NCBI GenBank assembly: GCA_964106645.2
Contig: OZ067041.1
Source of the DNA: Podarcis pityusensis
Lineage: Eukaryota
Length of the DNA: 64,000 nucleotides
Direction: 5' to 3' (one strand)
How positions within the stretch are numbered: position 1 is the stretch's first letter; each line of letters begins with the position of its first letter. A program made the position numbers and the translations under genes. Under the pieces are notes generated by a model, which was not told the DNA's origin, made no database searches, and saw nothing but the letters and a program-made list of their open reading frames with translations. This document shows, piece by piece, positions 62,257 through 64,000 of this stretch.

Positions 62257-63249
62257 CTTAGGTGAGGTCCAGAAATAGAGATGAGGTATTCAGGGAAAGG
62301 AAATACAAGGTGTTGTATTACACATAGTGGATGAAGCATTTTAAAAATGCTGTAAAGCAAAGCAAAACTCTCTTCCCTTTCAATCCTTCTCACCTAAGAT
62401 AAGCTATATATATTTATTCACTCAGCTGCATTGTAGCTGTTCATGGACAAACGATTCCCACTTAACCAGGATAATATATTGCACTGAATATATTGCTTTC
62501 AGACATAGAACTGTCTGACTTGTTCACACATTGCTAGCAGTATGTGTTTCAATATTTGCAAATAATGCAGACATGATGCAGTTGTCTAGCTCATCGCTAC
62601 TACTCTGAACTGTAAACTAGGATCAGCAAAGAGTGCTAGTTGTACCAATCTCTTGTTGTATCTTTTTGCCCTATTTCCAGGTGAAGTGGAACCCAGTAGA
62701 AGGTGATGCTGCCTAGATAAGCTCTGGATAAGCATCTTGGTGTATCAGTGTACCTCATCTCACATTTCAGTAACATTTCTTGATAAACTGCAGTCAGGCT
62801 GAAACCAGCACAGTCAGAATCAATTAAGTTAAATGGGATACGGTACACATGAGAAATTGGAACCACACACACAAGTGGAAGGCTGTCCAGATAGAAGCAC
62901 AGGAAGATTTATGGAAGGTAACAGATGAGTTTGACTGATGGAGGGACAGGCTTGAATGCAGGCCTGTGAAAATATGAAGTTTTATAAACAGACCCATAGA
63001 AGATCTTACAAGTACTTAACTAATCTAAGGCTGCAATTCTGAAGCCACTTACCCGAGAGTGAGCCCAACTGAATTCAATAGTACCTACTTCTGAGTAGAC
63101 ATAGTTAGGATTGCAGTGTTGGATTCTGTCTGTCAAAAAAGTCTGTTTATTATCATTTTTAATGTCCTAAAGTTCACCCAATGAAGGATCCCATGAAAAG
63201 ACACCACCACTAGATGAAAACAAAAGTAATCCTTTTTAAATCTGCCCAC

Positions 63250-63321
63250 CTTCCAGCTCTGCTCTTTGTACTGGAAGTTTCCTTTGTGCTGGAAGAGGCC
63301 CAAACGCAGCAGCTTCTTTAG
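63250..63321 (-). CDS. EGFL6: EGFL6 linker exon; acceptor position uncertain
   Basis: cactcag|KEAAAFGPLPAQRKLPVQRAELE-G|gtgggc, resembling the recalled human EAGEFGLILVQRKAL; CTAAC branch motif about 24 nt upstream. Confidence 0.65.
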
Positions 63322-64000
63322 CTGAGTGATTGAAACATATACTGTTAGTTCCAAAAAAACACAACCAGTTAATCCAAATATGAATTAACTGAAATATTTG
63401 TACATCACACACCACCAAGCTTTCACAATGTAACAAATTATATGGCACATATACTTACCAGTTATGTTTACATGACAATTTTTTAAAAAATTATGCGTCC
63501 AAAGCTAACATATGGCTAAGCTATCTCCAGATAATATCCCTTATTAGATGAAATTCTGCAGACCTTAAGGAGCTCAAATTCAAATGCCTCACCAAAACAT
63601 GTTCATTCTTTTATGCAATAATCAGGTTTCTGTGCATCATGCATTTTGTGGGACAGGGCAAAATGCTGTGTGTTGGCAAAGCAATATTTGTAAGGAGATA
63701 TAAGTCAAAAGGTATTTCCAGTACAGGACCCAGGACAACCTTACACTTACTCCTAAAAGCTCAGAGTAGCTTGTGATCCCCTAGGTAGTCTCATCCAGGA
63801 ATTTTTGGGGGCTATACCCAGTTAGCTTTAGCAGTAGAACTGCAGTATGTGCCTGAAGACCACACTCTGAGTTATCACCTCCACGTACATGGATGTGACA
63901 AACGGATGGAAGTTTGGTTCAGGCACGAAAACTAACCCAGGGCCTGGTTTGGCAACAAGCCATTCCCGTATAAACATGTGTTAAGGTTCATGGAGATTAT

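Overview
Vertebrate nuclear genomic DNA, very probably from a squamate lizard; the SINE and MITE content looks lacertid-like, which is an inference. The window holds the conserved gene block that lies at human Xp22.2, in this order: last coding exon and 3' UTR of GPM6B (+); OFD1 (-, 22 coding exons traced, 3078 nt = 1025 aa + stop); TRAPPC2/SEDL (+, 4 coding exons, 140 aa, with a U12-type AT-AC intron), head-to-head with OFD1 on a shared CpG island; RAB9A (-, single coding exon, 201 aa); TCEANC (-, single coding exon, 351 aa); and the last four exons of EGFL6 (-). Introns carry many Tc1/mariner- and hAT-type MITEs with readable TIRs and TSDs, Sauria SINEs, and L2/CR1/L1 fragments, several of them nested. 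There are two N gaps. I found no evidence for a new multi-gene system. The best leads are small-scale: apparently shifted splice acceptors in two EGFL6 exons, a duplicated TRAPPC2 acceptor, a 7-aa tandem duplication in OFD1, a QKI-motif cluster with a cryptic acceptor before the GPM6B terminal exon, a possible N-extended RAB9A, and a MITE family carrying ZNF143/THAP11-like motifs. Comparisons with human proteins and exon sizes are from memory, not from searches.
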